Shown: positions 27,142-38,328, counted from the first letter of the stretch. The stretch: 64,000 nucleotides of DNA from a bacterium (GCA_030647355.1 JAUSIS010000009.1:512-64511); one strand, 5' to 3'. Notes: generated by a model from the sequence alone, not told the origin. Numbers and translations are program-made.

Positions 27142-28143
27142 TCATTTCAAGAGACTGCGGAGTTTTTCTAAATGGGTATCGAAATTATTTGTGTAGAATT
27201 CAAGACCGGGCAGTCCATTTATTAAAAACCGGTCGGGACGAAGATTACCTTTAATATAGTGAGCTTCCGGTATCCAAAGAGTGCAGAAGTATTTATAAAA
27301 ATATAGCAGTAAATTATCATTATATTCCTGCCTGCTTAACGGATAATTATTTTGATATTCATCAAATAAGATTTTGGCTTGACGGTAATTTTCCTCATTG
27401 AATTCATAGTGCAGGGCGACGAGATCAATTAAGCGGATGATTTCTTGAGCCCTGGGTCCTATACGGGCTTTTTCCCAATCATAGACATGAGTGACTTCGG
27501 CAGCTTTGTTGAAAAACACATTGTGTTCATGAAAATCACCATGGAGAATATGGTTTTGCTTAATATTTAAGTCGCCATACTCGATATTAACCTTTTTCGA
27601 TAGTTCTAATTTTATTTTGATGTGCTTGACTGCCGCTCTATCAAATTCGTCTTTGACTGGTTTTTTATTGATGATTGATAAATAATTTGCAGCGTCTTGA
27701 TATAATTTTTCTTTGTTCCACGCATGAAATTCACGGCTAGCGATATTGGGACAGTTGTCTTTAGTTGCCAAGTGAATTTTAGCCAGCATGGAGACGAGGG
27801 ATGATAAATGTTTTTTAGTTAATTCTCCCCGACCGGCGATTATTCCCGTGACGAAGGGAAAAAGTGTATAATATTTGCCTTGATAGAGAAAAAAGCTGTT
27901 ATTATTTTTGTCAGGGATAGGCATGATTACCGGAATGCCTGATTTTGAAAAAAAGAGTTTTACTTGATGAAGTTCTTGGAGAAGTTTTTCGTCGTCAAAG
28001 CGATATTGTTTGAGAAAGTAACGGGATTTTCCTTTGCCGATAGAAAAATTATCAGTAAGATAACCGCCTTTGACTTTTTCCCAAACGGGTGGGATTGAGA
28101 GGATGTAATTTTTATTTATATAAGCGATTATTTCGTCTGACAT
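27142..28143 (-). CDS. phosphotransferase enzyme family protein (APH/choline-kinase/HSK-II-like kinase)
   Basis: Brenner motif HGDFHEHNVFF and DWE motif; about 30% GC, far below neighbours. Confidence 0.7.
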   Translation of the reverse strand: MSDEIIAYINKNYILSIPPVWEKVKGGYLTDNFSIGKGKSRYFLKQYRFDDEKLLQELHQVKLFFSKSGIPVIMPIPDKNNNSFFLYQGKYYTLFPFVTGIIAGRGELTKKHLSSLVSMLAKIHLATKDNCPNIASREFHAWNKEKLYQDAANYLSIINKKPVKDEFDRAAVKHIKIKLELSKKVNIEYGDLNIKQNHILHGDFHEHNVFFNKAAEVTHVYDWEKARIGPRAQEIIRLIDLVALHYEFNEENYRQAKILFDEYQNNYPLSRQEYNDNLLLYFYKYFCTLWIPEAHYIKGNLRPDRFLINGLPGLEFYTNNFDTHLEKLRSLLK

Positions 28144-28194
28144 GTATTAAGGATATTTTTTGATACTCATTTTGTCAAATATTGATTATTAGGG

Positions 28195-28222
28195 TTGAGG
28201 TTTGACGATTTTTTGATATAAT
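28195..28222 (+). promoter_or_regulatory. candidate sigma70-type promoter for fabI (extended -10)
   Basis: TTGAGG-16 nt-TGaTATAAT. Confidence 0.4.
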
Positions 28223-28280
28223 GTGGCTGGCAGAATTACGGAAAATCCGAATACTATAATGGAAGGCAGGTGAAGAAAAG

Positions 28281-29102
28281 TTGGAAGTGAATAATGGTCT
28301 TCTGAAAGACAAGGTGGCTTTGGTCCTGGGCATTGCCAACGAGCGGTCTATCGGATCGGCAATCGCTCAGGCGTTCGCCCGCGAGGGGGCTCGGGTCATA
28401 GCTGCAGTTCAGACCCCGGAACTGGTAGATCGAGTCAAGAAATCTCATCCATTTCTGGAGGCACTCTGGAGTTGCGACGTTTCAATTTCAGACCAGATCG
28501 AAGCGCTTGCATCGAATCTAGCTCTGACGGTAGGAAAGGTGAACATAGTAGTTCACTCGCTTGCCTTTGCACAGCGGGAATCGCTGAAGATGCCGCTGCA
28601 CGAGATAAGCGCCGAGGTTTTACTCGAAGCTCTAAACATCTCGGCTGTGTCATTTCCTGTACTGACGGGCGAACTGCTCAGGCAGGGTGTCCTCAGCGAG
28701 GGATGCGTGCTGGAAACGCTAACCTACGCCGGCGGAGAAAGGTATGTCCCCGGGTATGCGCCGATGGGCATCTGCAAGGCGGCGCTTAACGCGTCAGTCT
28801 GGACAATGGCCAACGAGCTGGGTCCGCTTATTGGCGCCAGGGTCTATGGGATTGCCGCCGGGCCGATAAGCACTATGTCGGCGAGGGCAGTGCCTAACTT
28901 CCCCGCGTTGCTGAAGATGTTCCCGTCGCTTTGCGCTCTTAGACAGGAGCTCAAGCCGGAGCATGTGGCTAACGTGACCGTGATGTTGGCTAGCTATCTT
29001 TCGGAGGGAATGACCGGCAATATTATTGACGCCGATATGGGCTTGAGTACGAGGTTGGTGTCGGACAGTTCTCAGGCAGCCGAAGCCAAGTCGTCCGAAT
29101 AG
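28281..29102 (+). CDS. fabI: enoyl-[acyl-carrier-protein] reductase (NADH), SDR family
   Basis: GIANERSIGSAIA glycine-rich motif, Y-x6-K catalytic pair YAPMGICK, ISAGPIST; high GC. Confidence 0.75.
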   Translation: MEVNNGLLKDKVALVLGIANERSIGSAIAQAFAREGARVIAAVQTPELVDRVKKSHPFLEALWSCDVSISDQIEALASNLALTVGKVNIVVHSLAFAQRESLKMPLHEISAEVLLEALNISAVSFPVLTGELLRQGVLSEGCVLETLTYAGGERYVPGYAPMGICKAALNASVWTMANELGPLIGARVYGIAAGPISTMSARAVPNFPALLKMFPSLCALRQELKPEHVANVTVMLASYLSEGMTGNIIDADMGLSTRLVSDSSQAAEAKSSE

Positions 29103-29116
29103 TTCCCAAACATAAG

Positions 29117-29158
29117 TGCCTCCGACTGCATATTTGCATAGGAGGCATCTTTTTATTT
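29117..29158 (+). terminator. terminator after fabI
   Basis: TGCCTCC...GGAGGCA stem followed by TCTTTTTATTT. Confidence 0.6.
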
Positions 29159-29180
29159 ATTAAATAGTGCTTTAAGATTG

Positions 29181-29206
29181 AAAAAAGGAACGGATAATTC
29201 CGTTCC
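29181..29206 (-). terminator. terminator after Cys-rich gene
   Basis: GGAACGGA taat TCCGTTCC, T-run on minus strand. Confidence 0.65.
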
Positions 29207-29220
29207 ATGGATAGTGGGTC

Positions 29221-29607
29221 TTAAGTGAGCGGCTGGTTGGCCACGGAACCGGCTGACTCCAATCCGGACTCAAACTTACAGCGACACTGGTCAATGCTGA
29301 GTAGGTCGCACGCTAGCTTGTTGCAGGGCACCTTGCCACAGAGTGAGTACTCGCGGGTCCCGCTAATAGCATAGAGAATATTCGTGTTGATCCTCGTGTT
29401 GCCACCCGACATCACCCAGATGTACTTGTGGGATCCCGGCGAATCCGTTTTGTATGTGTGAACAGTTCCACATATTGAACAGACCCACGAAATCGCCGTT
29501 GGAACCTTGCTTATTACAAGGAATTTCTCCTGCCCTCCGCCACAGAATAAGCAGTCACCCCCCGGACCACGTTCGCGTAACTGACGTTTTACACCCGATG
29601 CTTTCAA
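29221..29607 (-). CDS. Cys-rich hypothetical protein (putative zinc-ribbon)
   Basis: CLFCGGG...CSICGT...CGKVPCNKLAC...CRC cysteine clusters. Confidence 0.4.
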   Translation of the reverse strand: MKASGVKRQLRERGPGGDCLFCGGGQEKFLVISKVPTAISWVCSICGTVHTYKTDSPGSHKYIWVMSGGNTRINTNILYAISGTREYSLCGKVPCNKLACDLLSIDQCRCKFESGLESAGSVANQPLT

Positions 29608-29774
29608 AAGGCATCCCTCCCAAAGACGTATTGTCGCGTGACATAGAAAGTATTATACCTGAAAATATTTATAAGGTCAACAATGCGCATTGTTTTGGAT
29701 GAGCATTTGTATTAATTTGAGAACATTTTGAGTGGCACGAGAGAGAGTATCGTTATTAAAAAGGGGTAGTATTA

Positions 29775-31163
<1,389 letters not shown>

Positions 31164-32036
31164 CTATGGATGATATGCCAGACAATCTGTGAAGCTCGCG
31201 TTGAGAGTGGCGACCTTTGATTTATGATTGCCACTTAGGTCGTTGGAGAGCAACACGGCCTTCGGAAGTTTCTGGCTAGTGCTCGCGACGTACGGGACGT
31301 AATAGAACGTTGTAGAGGTCGCCCAGACTGCCGGCATTGCGACACGCTTTACCAGCACACTCTCCTTGTCGGTGGAGAGGTTAATGATGTGGATGTCAAA
31401 TCCTTTTTCCGACCCCTTGGTAAAGAGAATGTGTTTGCCATCTGGTGAAACATCCAGGCAGCCAATCTTATCTATTGTCTTTGGCTGTCTGAAGACCTTG
31501 ATGATCTTGTTCGTGACAAGGTCGGCAATAGCAATCCTAAGCTGTGTGCCCTGACTGTTATTCAGGGCAAGAGCACATCGCTTCCCGTCAGGGAATTGAG
31601 CAATGTGACTCACAGCATCCAAGTATTTGAAGTGCATCTCATTATTGACGAAGATGATGCCACTCTCCGAGAAGGACAGTATCTGCCCAGAGGAAAGAGC
31701 GTTGGGCGATGTTCCTCTCTTTATCCACTTGGCTACCGGATACGATCTGGTGAAGTCAAGTGAATAGATCTGTGACGTATCCGTGCCGTCACCCCCATGT
31801 CCATAGCAGGAGAAGACGACAAGCGAGCCCTTTGCGGACCAGCGTAGACTACCAGGGTCTGGATACAGATCTTCCAAGGAAGAAGATTGAGATTCCTTCC
31901 CGCTTACCAAGTCCCGTACTCGCACTACCGATAGTTCGCCACCGGACTCCACATAGGCGAGTTTTCCAGCCCAAGCGATTGTTGTAACGCCCACGGCGAG
32001 CACTACGAGAATACAAACTACTAAAAACCTTTTCAT
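31164..32036 (-). CDS. secreted beta-propeller protein (TolB/PD40-like repeats)
   Basis: Signal peptide MKRFLVVCILVVLAVGVTTIAWA; repeated DVSPDGKHILF-type PD40 blades. Confidence 0.55.
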   Translation of the reverse strand: MKRFLVVCILVVLAVGVTTIAWAGKLAYVESGGELSVVRVRDLVSGKESQSSSLEDLYPDPGSLRWSAKGSLVVFSCYGHGGDGTDTSQIYSLDFTRSYPVAKWIKRGTSPNALSSGQILSFSESGIIFVNNEMHFKYLDAVSHIAQFPDGKRCALALNNSQGTQLRIAIADLVTNKIIKVFRQPKTIDKIGCLDVSPDGKHILFTKGSEKGFDIHIINLSTDKESVLVKRVAMPAVWATSTTFYYVPYVASTSQKLPKAVLLSNDLSGNHKSKVATLNASFTDCLAYHP

Positions 32037-32113
32037 TCAAATACCTCCATACAGAATGTAGTGAGTATATTTTAGTACAAAATAAGGATAAAATCAAGTG
32101 CATTATGAAGGAT

Positions 32114-32142
32114 TTGACAGGTGCATGTTAAGACAATATATT
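32114..32142 (+). promoter_or_regulatory. candidate promoter of tmk-thyA-folA operon
   Basis: TTGACA-17 nt-TATATT. Confidence 0.5.
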
Positions 32143-32168
32143 GAAGATGCAAGGGAACAAGGAGAATC

Positions 32169-32813
32169 GTGAAAAATCACCGAGAAAAAGGATTATTTAT
32201 AGCATTTGAAGGATTGGATGGATCCGGGTCTTCAACCCAGGTTGAGATGCTGCGAAAACGTTTAGTCAAAGAGGGTTACAAGACTTTTATTACCAAAGAA
32301 CCAACTGACAATCTGGTTGGCGGGTTAATTCGCGGCGTTTTAACAAAGCAATGGGAAATGCCGCCTGACGGTTTGCAACTTTTGTATGCAGCCGATCGTG
32401 CTCATCATTTACGTTTTAAGATAATACCGGCACTGGAAAAAAATAATATTATTATATCGGACCGATATGCGTTTTCTAGTATTGCTTTTGGCGCCTTAAG
32501 TGTTGATTTTGATTGGCTGGAAGATATTTATAAAAATTATATCTACCCGGACATTACATTTCTGGTTAAAAGTTCTCCAAAAACCTGCATTGAACGGATT
32601 GCTTCTACCAGATTGAGTTTTGAGCTTTTTGAGGAAGAGGAAAAGTTAAGGAAGATTTGGCGAAATTATGCAAAATTACTTAAGAACCCAAAAAATAAAA
32701 TGGTGGAGATCGGTGGAGAACAACCGGTGGAGAAAGTCGCTGAAGAAATATGGAGAAAAATGAAAAAGGTTTTAGCTGGTAAGTCTAAGAGTTTGGCAAA
32801 AATTAAGGATTAG
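32169..32813 (+). CDS. tmk: thymidylate kinase
   Basis: GTG start after AAGGAGAA; P-loop [14 protein letters not shown] motif. Confidence 0.85.
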   Translation: MKNHREKGLFIAFEGLDGSGSSTQVEMLRKRLVKEGYKTFITKEPTDNLVGGLIRGVLTKQWEMPPDGLQLLYAADRAHHLRFKIIPALEKNNIIISDRYAFSSIAFGALSVDFDWLEDIYKNYIYPDITFLVKSSPKTCIERIASTRLSFELFEEEEKLRKIWRNYAKLLKNPKNKMVEIGGEQPVEKVAEEIWRKMKKVLAGKSKSLAKIKD

Positions 32814-32814
32814 T

Positions 32815-33627
32815 ATGAAAAAATATTTGGATTTATTGCAAAAAATTATGGACGAGGGGGTGGACAAAGACGACCGAACGGGTGTGGGAACAAGGAGTAT
32901 TTTTGGGCATCAAATAAGGTATGATCTTTCTGAAGGGTTTCCTATTTTAACGACAAAAAAAGTGCATTTGAAATCTATCATTTATGAGCTACTTTGGTTT
33001 TTGCGAGGAGATACTAATATTAAATATCTTAATGAGCATGGGGTAACGATATGGGACGAGTGGGCTGATGAAAAGGGCGAGCTCGGTCCCATTTATGGCA
33101 AGCAATGGCGCCGTTGGCAGGGATATAACGGGGAAAGTTTCGACCAGATTTCCGATGTAATTAATCAGCTGAAAAACAATCCCAATTCCAGGCGCATAAT
33201 TGTCAGCGGATGGAACGTGGCGGATTTGCAAGAGCTTATTAAGGGTAGAAAGAGCGCTCCCCCACCCTGCCATATGCTGTTTCACTTTTATGTGGCAAAG
33301 GGGAAACTTTCGTGTCTTTTATATCAGCGAAGCGCAGATACTTTTTTGGGAGTACCATTTAATATCGCCTCGTATTCGCTATTTACAATGATGATCGCCC
33401 AGGTCGTCGGTTTGAAGCCAGGTGAATTTATCCACACCACAGGCGATACTCATTTATATAAGAACCACTTTGAGCAGGTTGCTTTGCAGCTCAGCCGAGA
33501 GCCCAAAGAGTTGCCAACGATGAAAATAAATCCGAAAGTTAAAGATATTTTCAAGTTCAAGTTTGAGGATTTTGAATTGGTTGGGTATGATCCGTACCCC
33601 GGGATTAAGGCACCGATTGCTATTTAA
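32815..33627 (+). CDS. thyA: thymidylate synthase (ThyA type)
   Basis: [11 protein letters not shown] catalytic Cys block, [20 protein letters not shown]. Confidence 0.9.
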   Translation: MKKYLDLLQKIMDEGVDKDDRTGVGTRSIFGHQIRYDLSEGFPILTTKKVHLKSIIYELLWFLRGDTNIKYLNEHGVTIWDEWADEKGELGPIYGKQWRRWQGYNGESFDQISDVINQLKNNPNSRRIIVSGWNVADLQELIKGRKSAPPPCHMLFHFYVAKGKLSCLLYQRSADTFLGVPFNIASYSLFTMMIAQVVGLKPGEFIHTTGDTHLYKNHFEQVALQLSREPKELPTMKINPKVKDIFKFKFEDFELVGYDPYPGIKAPIAI

Positions 33628-33635
33628 GGAGATGA

Positions 33636-34127
33636 ATGAAGAAACCAATAATATCAATCATTGCGGCTGTTGCTGAGAATTTGGCTATTGGGAAAGATAA
33701 TCGTTTGCTTTGGAATATTCCAGAGGACCTGCAGCATTTTAAGAAAATTACCTCCGGTCATCCGGTAATTATGGGAGAGAGAACATATTATTCTATTGGC
33801 AGACCGCTGCCTAATCGAACCAATATTGTTCTGACAGATAAGAAGGATTTAGAGATTGATGGCGTCAGTATTTGCCATTCTATTGAGGAAGCAGTAGAAA
33901 TAGCGAAAAGAGCTGACAAAGAAGAGATATTTTTCATTGGCGGAGGAATGGTCTATAAACAAGCCCTGCCAATTGCTGATAAACTCTATTTGACAATAGT
34001 AGAAGGAGAATTTGAAGCAGATACATTTTTTCCGGAATATAAAAATTTGTTCAAAAAAATTATTCGCAAAACAAAGCATTCAAATGAGAAATATAATTTT
34101 AGGTTTGTGGAATTAATTAGAGAATAG
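33636..34127 (+). CDS. folA: dihydrofolate reductase
   Basis: IISIIAAVAENLAIGKDNRLLWNIPEDLQHFKKITSGHPVIMGERTY. Confidence 0.85.
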   Translation: MKKPIISIIAAVAENLAIGKDNRLLWNIPEDLQHFKKITSGHPVIMGERTYYSIGRPLPNRTNIVLTDKKDLEIDGVSICHSIEEAVEIAKRADKEEIFFIGGGMVYKQALPIADKLYLTIVEGEFEADTFFPEYKNLFKKIIRKTKHSNEKYNFRFVELIRE

Positions 34128-34658
34128 TTACATATTGTCGTAGGTTTCCATCTCATTTGTTAGAACGACTAATGCGACGCCAGCTTGTCGAAAAATGTCG
34201 ATTGTATCTTGGGCAGCATGATAATGTTTTTCACAAACTACTCTTGTGATCCCGCAGTTGATTATTTGTTTGGCGCAGACTGAACAAGGTTCCATGCGAA
34301 CGTAGATCGTAGCACCTTCCAAAGGTATGCCTAGTTTGGCGGCTTGACAGATAGCATTTTGTTCAGCATGAATAGTTCGAACACAATGGTTGGTAATGGT
34401 CCCATCATCATGGATAGTTTTTTTGTAGAAATGACCAACATCGTCGCAATGCGGTAAGCCTTTTGGAGAGCCAACATAGCCAGTAGTCAAAATTTGTCTA
34501 TCTTTAACAATGACGCATCCAGAACGCCCTCTGTCACATGTGGCACGAGTAGCTACTATTTTTTGTATCTCTATAAAATATTCATCCCAGCTGGGACGGT
34601 TATATTTTTCTTTTTTTCCATTCTTAGCAGCGACTGGTTTGCTTTTGGCTCGAGGCAT
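34128..34658 (-). CDS. dCMP deaminase (ComEB-like)
   Basis: HAEQNAI and PCSVCA zinc-binding motifs; convergent with folA and abutting it. Confidence 0.8.
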   Translation of the reverse strand: MPRAKSKPVAAKNGKKEKYNRPSWDEYFIEIQKIVATRATCDRGRSGCVIVKDRQILTTGYVGSPKGLPHCDDVGHFYKKTIHDDGTITNHCVRTIHAEQNAICQAAKLGIPLEGATIYVRMEPCSVCAKQIINCGITRVVCEKHYHAAQDTIDIFRQAGVALVVLTNEMETYDNM

Positions 34659-34889
34659 AGTAAACTCCTTTGTTAGTTTTGCGATGCAGTAATAAAATCA
34701 CGTATACAATAATTACAATAGCAAAGTCAGCCAGTATTACAACATACTCATTTGCTAATATCTTTCGTATATTCATATTTAAGCCTAAAGTAATGGTTTT
34801 TTTATGAAAATGATAGATTTATCTATTTGGTTAAGATACTAGTGACTTTTAAATAGGTTAGCTGTATAATAAATTCGAAAGGAACAAAT

Positions 34890-35639
34890 ATGATATATGT
34901 ATTGATAGTTTTGTTTATTTTATTGCTTGCGGCAATAAGAATTGTTCAGCAATATGAGAAAGGCGTAGTTCTTCGGGTAGGGAGAGTTATCGGGGAAAAG
35001 CAACCGGGACTTAGATTGCTCATTCCAATCATTGATAGAATGTATAAAGTTACACTGCAGATTGTGACAATGCCCGTTCCTTCGCAAAAAATCATAACCA
35101 GAGACAATGTCTCAATTGATGTTGCGGCAGTGGCTTATTATCACGTAGTTAATGCAACAAAATCTATAGTAGCAATTCAAAATGTCTATTCGGCAGTCAA
35201 TCAGATTGCCCAGACAACGGTGAGAAATATTGTGGGGCAATTTATGCTCGACGAGGTTCTTTCCGACACGGATAAGATTAATAAAAAAATCAAAGAGATT
35301 ATTGATACTCACACTGAAGCTTGGGGTGTGCTAGTTACGACAGTCGAGATCAAGGATATTCAGTTGCCCGATACGATGCAGAGAGCAATGGCAAAACAGG
35401 CAGAGGCAGAAAGAGAAAAGCGGGCAAAGATTATTGCTGCTGAGGGAGAATTTCAGTCGGCAGATAAATTGGGCGGAGCGGCTGATATAATTGCTAAACA
35501 CCCAATTGCCCTGCAGCTCCGAAACTTACAAGTATTGTCAGAAATCGCCGTTGAGAAAAATTCGACAATTGTGTTCCCTAATTCATTTTTATCGACAGTT
35601 GACGATGTTAAAAAGTTTATGGCTTCCGAGAAAGTGTAA
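34890..35639 (+). CDS. SPFH/band-7 (stomatin/HflC-like) protein
   Basis: N-terminal [18 protein letters not shown]...[16 protein letters not shown] pattern; promoter GTGACT-17-TGtTATAAT at 34842-34870. Confidence 0.8.
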   Translation: MIYVLIVLFILLLAAIRIVQQYEKGVVLRVGRVIGEKQPGLRLLIPIIDRMYKVTLQIVTMPVPSQKIITRDNVSIDVAAVAYYHVVNATKSIVAIQNVYSAVNQIAQTTVRNIVGQFMLDEVLSDTDKINKKIKEIIDTHTEAWGVLVTTVEIKDIQLPDTMQRAMAKQAEAEREKRAKIIAAEGEFQSADKLGGAADIIAKHPIALQLRNLQVLSEIAVEKNSTIVFPNSFLSTVDDVKKFMASEKV

Positions 35640-35642
35640 ATG

Positions 35643-35708
35643 ATAAAAATACAAAAAGCGCCTAGAGAAATCCGGGCGCTTTTTGTAAAATAATCACTTG
35701 GTGGAGCT
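35643..35708. repeat. 66-bp direct repeat copy 1 (terminator hairpin plus tmRNA 3'-end-like 10 nt)
   Basis: ATAAAAATACAAAAAGCGCCTAGAGAAATCCGGGCGCTTTTTGTAAAATAATCACTTGGTGGAGCT; identical except 1 nt to 37288-37353. Confidence 0.85.
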
Positions 35709-35975
35709 AGTGCAAAAGAATTGGCACTTAATTTGTGACAAAGTGAAGCACTGGAGAGAAATATTGGGTAATGATTATAATAAATGGAAGTTGTCAAATA
35801 ATAGCTCAAATATTGATTACATCCTTTAGGATAGTATCACTGTAATACACACTACTTGATTTTTTACCCTTGTTAGTATAGCATGCAGGTGTATAGATAA
35901 TAATATTGATATAGATAGTAAGTTAATAAGCGTTTAATTTTTCTCCTATTTAGGGGACGAGAAAGGAGCACTAGA

Positions 35976-36551
35976 ATGGAACCAAAAGAGAATAAGCGTA
36001 GAATGTCAACGGGTAAAAAATTCGGTCTAGGTTGTTTGGGGCTAATCGTTTTGATTATAATTATTTCAATTGCATCAAATAGTGGAAAAAATGACACTAG
36101 AAAGGTTGGTGATTCACCAACTGCTAGTACAACAAGTACAAGCAATGATAATAAGATTTATAAGGTTGGGGATAGCGTCCAATTGGGAAAAGCAATTGTA
36201 ACTGTAAATAAAGTTGAATCATCAACAGGGAGTACCTATACAAAGCCAGCAAGTGGGAATAAATGGATAAACTTAAATATCACTGTTGAAAATACAGATT
36301 CTTCTCAACAATATCTTACGACAATGGGGCAAATGTTCGTTAAGGATAGCGATGGCAATAGTTTTCAAGTTGCAGTAACCGATAAAGTTATGGAAAGTGT
36401 AAATAATTCACTTGACGGAACTATTATCGCAAAGAGCAAGAGAACTGGTTGGGTCGGATTTGAGGTAAAGAATGAATCGAAAGGTTTGCAGTTCCAATAT
36501 AATGCCTCTATGTGGGGTAGTGGTACTATTACCGTTGACCTAGGACAATAA
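35976..36551 (+). CDS. DUF4352 domain lipoprotein-like secreted protein
   Basis: N-terminal TM/signal anchor, YKVGDSVQLGKAIVTVNKVE...GNKWINLNITVENTDSS...VKDSDGNSF pattern. Confidence 0.6.
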   Translation: MEPKENKRRMSTGKKFGLGCLGLIVLIIIISIASNSGKNDTRKVGDSPTASTTSTSNDNKIYKVGDSVQLGKAIVTVNKVESSTGSTYTKPASGNKWINLNITVENTDSSQQYLTTMGQMFVKDSDGNSFQVAVTDKVMESVNNSLDGTIIAKSKRTGWVGFEVKNESKGLQFQYNASMWGSGTITVDLGQ

Positions 36552-36737
36552 GCAATCATAGTTCTTAACTAATACTCAATTAAGCAGAAAACCCTTGAGT
36601 AAAAATCGAGGGTTTTCTGTATTACATTGATCAAATACTGGCCCTAACGGGCTCTTGAGAATAGAAGCGAATCATGCCCGATTTGACAAAAAATGGTTAT
36701 ATAGGATAAAATAAAAACGCTTTAAGCATTTTTTTGT

Positions 36738-37211
36738 TTGGTACATACTTCCAATAATTCTGGAATTTTATATAATGAACAAATGATGATTAGTTTTCAA
36801 CCTATAATCAGAGCTTGCCGCGAAACAGATATAAAACTGTTGGAAAAGTATTTTTCTGGTGATGAGGAGAACCACCGGGCAAGATTAGATAGACAAAAGA
36901 AGGGTCTAAGTATTTATTTGATAGCTCTTATAGATAGTAGGCCTGTGGGTCATTTAGATATTAGATGGCAAGGGTGCAAAAATGAAAAAGTTAAGAATTT
37001 TGTGGGTGAATGTCCAGAACTGAGCGCTATTGCAGTTCGTCCAAATTTTCGTTCGAAAGGTATTGGAACAAATTTGGTTAAATCTGCAGAAAAAATAGTT
37101 GCCAATGAAAGGTTCGAACAAGTCGGAATAGGGGTTGGAATTGAAAACGAGAGAGCAAAAAAATTATATGAAAGATTGGGGACAAGGTATTTATATCGAC
37201 GCCTGGACTAA
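36738..37211 (+). CDS. GNAT family N-acetyltransferase (true start possibly 36783/36786)
   Basis: AIAVRPNFRSKGIGTNLVKSAEK acetyl-CoA binding motif (Q/RxxGxG/A). Confidence 0.7.
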   Translation: MVHTSNNSGILYNEQMMISFQPIIRACRETDIKLLEKYFSGDEENHRARLDRQKKGLSIYLIALIDSRPVGHLDIRWQGCKNEKVKNFVGECPELSAIAVRPNFRSKGIGTNLVKSAEKIVANERFEQVGIGVGIENERAKKLYERLGTRYLYRRLD

Positions 37212-37287
37212 AGAGTCAGGTGAAAAAGTTCGTGATGAAGCAATATTTCTTATAAAAAAATTTAACTTATAACAACTAAAATGAGTT

Positions 37288-37353
37288 ATAAAAACACAAA
37301 AAGCGCCTAGAGAAATCCGGGCGCTTTTTGTAAAATAATCACTTGGTGGAGCT
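37288..37353. repeat. 66-bp direct repeat copy 2 (contains tmRNA 3' end and its terminator)
   Basis: See copy 1; overlaps last 10 nt of ssrA (AGCTCCACCA on minus strand). Confidence 0.85.
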
Positions 37354-37724
37354 GGGGAGAATCGCACTCCCGTCCAGAAATTTTTCAACGTATCATCTAC
37401 AAGCTTAGTTTGTTCTTCATCTTTAGTACAATCTCTAGAACAAACGGAACAATTGCACTGCAGTCTCATAGAGACTTAGACTAACGCGAGACTTAATTAG
37501 TTTGCAATCCGATTTTTTGGCGTTCTGTCTAGTGCCTTCGGCATCGAGTCACTAGGGAACGGCTTTCGGTTTTAGGCGAAAGCTGGCGCAAAAGTCATGC
37601 CAGCAAAAGCTGTCTTGACTCTGCTAATAAATGTATTGGCACTTATTGTTGTGTTTAATTCGTATCGTGAATTTGACGACTTGCAGATACTGTCTTCCAA
37701 CCCCTGTCGAACTATAACAGCCCC
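37344..37724 (-). ncRNA. ssrA: tmRNA (SsrA), 381 nt
   Basis: Minus strand 5' GGGGCUGUUAUAGUUCGACAGGGG... 3' ...GGACGGGAGUGCGAUUCUCCCCAGCUCCACCA: G3-U70 acceptor stem, T-arm and encoded CCA, closely matching E. coli ssrA ends. SmpB gene at 49468. Candidate tag ORF ending ...AFA-UAA. Confidence 0.75.
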
Positions 37725-37773
37725 ATTAAATGATCATTATTAGATTGGTATGTTAAGGTATAAATCATGTCTT

Positions 37774-37802
37774 AATATAGCACATTTTAGCGGTTTTGTC
37801 AA
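37774..37802 (-). promoter_or_regulatory. candidate ssrA promoter
   Basis: Minus strand TTGACA-17 nt-TATATT about 50 nt upstream of mature 5' end. Confidence 0.5.
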
Positions 37803-37876
37803 TTGTAATGATAGTATTGAAAACTCAATTTATTATCATTATAATATTAATAAGATCTATAAAAAGAAAGGGAGAA

Positions 37877-38083
37877 ATGGTTAAATGCGCAGTGTGCGAG
37901 AGTTCGGTTGAGGAAGACGATCTTCCTATCTTCAGTGAATATGGCGGTAGACAATATTACTTTTGCTCGGTTGGATGTCGAGAAGAATTTGAGTATGATC
38001 AGGAGAAATATTTAAAAAATTTGGATAAAGAAGAAAATAGCCGAGAAGTCGCTACAGACGATGGAGCGGGTAATCTAGGATAA
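37877..38083 (+). CDS. small YHS/TRASH-like metal-binding zinc-ribbon protein (start at internal ATG with AAAGGGAG SD)
   Basis: MVKCAVCESSVEEDDLPIFSEYGGRQYYFCSVGCREEFEY matches C-x2-C...FCS-x2-C TRASH/YHS pattern. Confidence 0.5.
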   Translation: MVKCAVCESSVEEDDLPIFSEYGGRQYYFCSVGCREEFEYDQEKYLKNLDKEENSREVATDDGAGNLG

Positions 38084-38299
38084 TAAGTTCGGGACGGTTA
38101 TGCGGAAACACAGGCACAATTTAATATATATTTTATTAATATTACTTATTATTGCCCTGGTTGGACTTTTTAGTGCAAGTAACGGAAAGAAGATAGGTAA
38201 ATCAGGTAAGAAAGTGAGTGGTTTTAGTATTGAAAGATAGTAAAACTAAAATCAGAGTTCAAATTTCGATCTATTAGATCGGTTTTATTAGAATCTCTC

Positions 38300-38328
38300 T
38301 TGACATAATGTAAAGAAAACTTTACATT
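38300..38328 (+). promoter_or_regulatory. promoter with overlapping perfect palindromic operator
   Basis: TTGACA-17-TACATT; palindrome AATGTAAAG aaaa CTTTACATT (38307-38328) spans spacer and -10. Confidence 0.55.

Noticed and set aside
35453-35809. Minus-strand ORFs 35453-35809 and 37191-37469 sharing the peptide APPSDYFTKSARISLGAFC
   Set aside because: The shared peptide is simply the translation of the 66-bp direct repeat (terminator hairpin) on the minus strand. These are artefactual ORFs created by the repeat.
37354-37800. Possibility that the 450-bp non-coding region was RNase P RNA, SRP RNA or a group II intron
   Set aside because: Lacks the conserved RNase P (GGAAAGUCCGGGCUCC) and SRP (GGAAGCAGCC) boxes. 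Instead it matches tmRNA termini on the minus strand precisely.
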